DNA of 63,132 bases, counting the filler, from Rhabdomonas costata (Eukaryota), in the NCBI GenBank assembly GCA_019059605.1. It is 54 parts of 54 records of this genome, joined end to end, with 100 filler letters (N's around TTAATTAATTAA, not from the genome) between each part and the next. Parts side by side here need not be neighbours in the genome. Positions count along the whole stretch, not along the records: positions 60,892 to 61,962 come from JAHMHO010030196.1; positions 62,063 to 63,132 come from JAHMHO010030197.1; 52 more parts are not named here. The stretch is one strand, 5' to 3'. The notes beneath the pieces were generated by a model. That model ran no database searches and was not told the origin of the DNA. It saw nothing but the letters and a program-made list of their open reading frames with translations. The position numbers were made by a program, and so were the translations under genes. Positions 60,998 through 63,132 of the stretch are shown piece by piece. Numbering within the stretch: the first letter of the stretch is position 1; each line of letters begins with the position of its first letter.

Positions 60998-62398
60998 GTA
61001 TGAGTGTGGTGAGTACGTGCCCCCTTTTTTCTTTCTTTTCGTTTCCTTTTGTTGACTGCTATATGCACAACCCCCCGAAACTGATGCTTCCCATGTGCAA
61101 ATGACTGTTTTTTTTTTTGCAAATTGCCTGTTGAGGTCGTGGTGATTTTTATCTCCGCAAATAGGCAGTGAATGAGTGAGATGACGTTTCCCTCCATCCA
61201 ATCAGATCATGACGGCGTTTGTCCCTTTGTTGTGATGTTCCATGTTTTTTCCCTGCGGATAGGGTCAGAACAGAAAGTAAGCAGCGCCGTGGCAGTAACG
61301 AAGCACATGCCCACGCTGCCACACTTCAAGAGTTTAGGGGAAGGGGGTGTCAGGCGGTGGCATAGCCGTTATGGGCGTTTTTGGGTAATTCAGGTTTGCG
61401 TACAGAATGGTTTCACATGCTCCTTATTGCGTCGTAGTGCTGTCCGTGATGGCTCCTGAAATGAACTTGACGCAGGTAATTTTTTAGACTTGCAGGTTTT
61501 AGCTGCGTTGCCCAGGAGGGGCGTTTCAACGTATGCGCTCGGGCGGAGGAGACCATGTCAGGTCTGTGCTGGCTTTACATAGTACATCATCGTCATAAAT
61601 CGGAATCGGTCCGCTTGCCCTGAGCAAGACCACTTCCCCAATTGAAGGCCGAGGTGGCAGACAAACCCAGCTCATCAGCTCTCCCTCCCTCCCGTTCTCT
61701 CCCTTTCACCTGTCTCTTTCCCTCTGCTGTTTCGGTTCGCCATCGCTCATTTGTCCTTCTTCCTGTCGTATGCCCTTGAGCACGTACCCAACAAAATGCT
61801 GCTTCTTCCCCGAGTGATGCCTTCTTTCCTTCTTTGCCGTTATCTCGTGAGTGGAGGAAATTTTCTCTCTGACCTGATATTAAGACTCCCTCACAACTTC
61901 CGGCCCGTGGTTCCGCGAAAGCGCTCGGCATCAGACAGAGCTCATGATGCAACCACCCCCCCNNNNNNNNNNNNNNNNNNNNNNNNNNNNNNNNNNNNNN
62001 NNNNNNTTAATTAATTAANNNNNNNNNNNNNNNNNNNNNNNNNNNNNNNNNNNNNNNNNNNNGCGCGGACACATATAACTCACAACCATATCCATTAGCA
62101 ACAATGGTGATTATCCTTTGTGTTTGTTTTGGAAATCCCTTTGGTACTGTGGTCTAATTAACCTGGCTTGCCATTAAAGCAGTTCACATGGTGCACCTTT
62201 TGCTATCGTTGATGACAGAAGGAGAGGCTATTTTTCTGCCCCCGCATTTGGGAGCAGAATGGAGTGGAATGGAATGTGCTGTGATTCAGGGGGTTCTGTG
62301 CAAAGCGCTGCTTTCCTGGTAAAGCAATGTCGTTTTCTATCACCATCGTTGCACTCACCACACATTATCTCCCCAAAACCCACTTGGCTCAACCGAAG

Positions 62399-62596
62399 GT
62401 TTCGTTTATCTCCTACCTGGGCAACGTCGGCATTGGGCTCATCGCAGACCGTAACCAGATTCCCAGCGTGCAAGATTTGGCGCAGTGTTTCCGTGACGAG
62501 TGGGAGGCCATGAGGGCCGCCGCGGCCCAAGCGCAACCCCAGGGCTCCGCCACCAGCCCAGCTTCCCCGGTCTCCCCTCCAAGCTCGGGCCTCTGA
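62399..62596 (+). CDS. Wax ester synthase/diacylglycerol acyltransferase (WS/DGAT), last exon
   Basis: VSFISYLGNVGIGLIADRNQIPSVQDLAQCFRDEWEAM matches the WS/DGAT C-terminal SY.G...G..AD....P....L...F..E motif; ends in a stop. Confidence 0.85.
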   Translation, partial: VSFISYLGNVGIGLIADRNQIPSVQDLAQCFRDEWEAMRAAAAQAQPQGSATSPASPVSPPSSGL

Positions 62597-63132
62597 GCGC
62601 CCACATCTTCCGCCTGCCCCTCCACATACACACACAGGCGTACCGACAGTACGCCCAACTGTAGAAACATCAATGCGCCTTTATTTCTTTCTATCGAGCC
62701 TTCTGACAGTTCGGGACGAGAAAGTCTCAGATGAGACCTGCTTTTCTTTTGCTTAGAGGACATATTGCACTGGTGTTTTTATTGTTTGCCCCGCGTGACT
62801 TTGTGAGGATTCATATAGTCGTGGCTCCAGCCTGTGCAGACTCACCGTGGTCCACTGTAATTCCAGAAGGCGCGACTTCGCTGTTGTGCAGTCTCAGCGA
62901 AGTGGAAGCATCGGCTGGAGTTCTCCTCTCTCACTCCCTGCTACGTCTTAGTCCTCTCTACCGATTAGACCAGTGGAGTAAGGTTTTCCGGGTTTTCTAT
63001 TGACGAATATGCTGTTGTAGGGTTGGTGTAGGATTTCTTGATATTGGGGTGCCTCTCCCTTTGCTGCAAAGTTGGCTCGTCCTGTGCCATGGTCGCCTAT
63101 TCTCGCTCATCGTCAAAAAACCACCCCCACCC

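Noticed and set aside
1072-62062. Regularly spaced TTAATTAATTAA as a CRISPR-like or biological repeat
   Set aside because: It is the N-flanked assembly linker; ORFs ending in XXX-LIN are artefacts of it.
1-63132. Gene neighbourhood or operon-like system across contigs
   Set aside because: Contigs are unlinked and ordered by length, so adjacency carries no information.
1-63132. tRNA, rRNA or spliced-leader RNA genes
   Set aside because: No cloverleaf, rRNA signature or full SL exon was recognisable by eye; tRNAscan-SE and Infernal would be needed to exclude them.

Overview
This is not one locus. The window is an artificial concatenation of 54 unrelated, size-sorted contigs of about 1.07 kb, each joined by a 100-nt linker (N44-TTAATTAATTAA-N44, stops in all six frames). 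The DNA is from an intron-rich eukaryote: short GC-rich exons with mostly GT-AG introns, microsatellites and decayed transposons. The six-frame ORFs are largely misleading, so I rebuilt genes by manual splicing. Recognisable fragments: a FixL-type PAS histidine kinase, RING-H2 ligase, tandem B-box/coiled-coil protein, calcineurin A, DHHC palmitoyltransferase, cullin, nitroreductase, DPCD, COG8, WDR60, neuferricin-type cytochrome b5, WS/DGAT wax ester synthase, an atypical protein kinase, four Cache/HAMP/cyclase-type receptor fragments, Ty3/Gypsy pol remnants and a MITE family. The gene mix (flagellar genes, WS/DGAT, receptor cyclases, trans-splice-like acceptors) suggests a euglenid or other euglenozoan; this is inference. 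Best leads: (1) two independent gene models that read best with GA 5' splice sites (CAG|GAAAGT, AAG|GAATGT); (2) long inverted repeats starting exactly at GT donors; (3) a strong GT-start/CA-end polarity of contig ends. Leads 2 and 3 may be library or sequencing artefacts. All protein assignments are from motif recognition by eye, not database searches. I found no rRNA, tRNA or CRISPR array.
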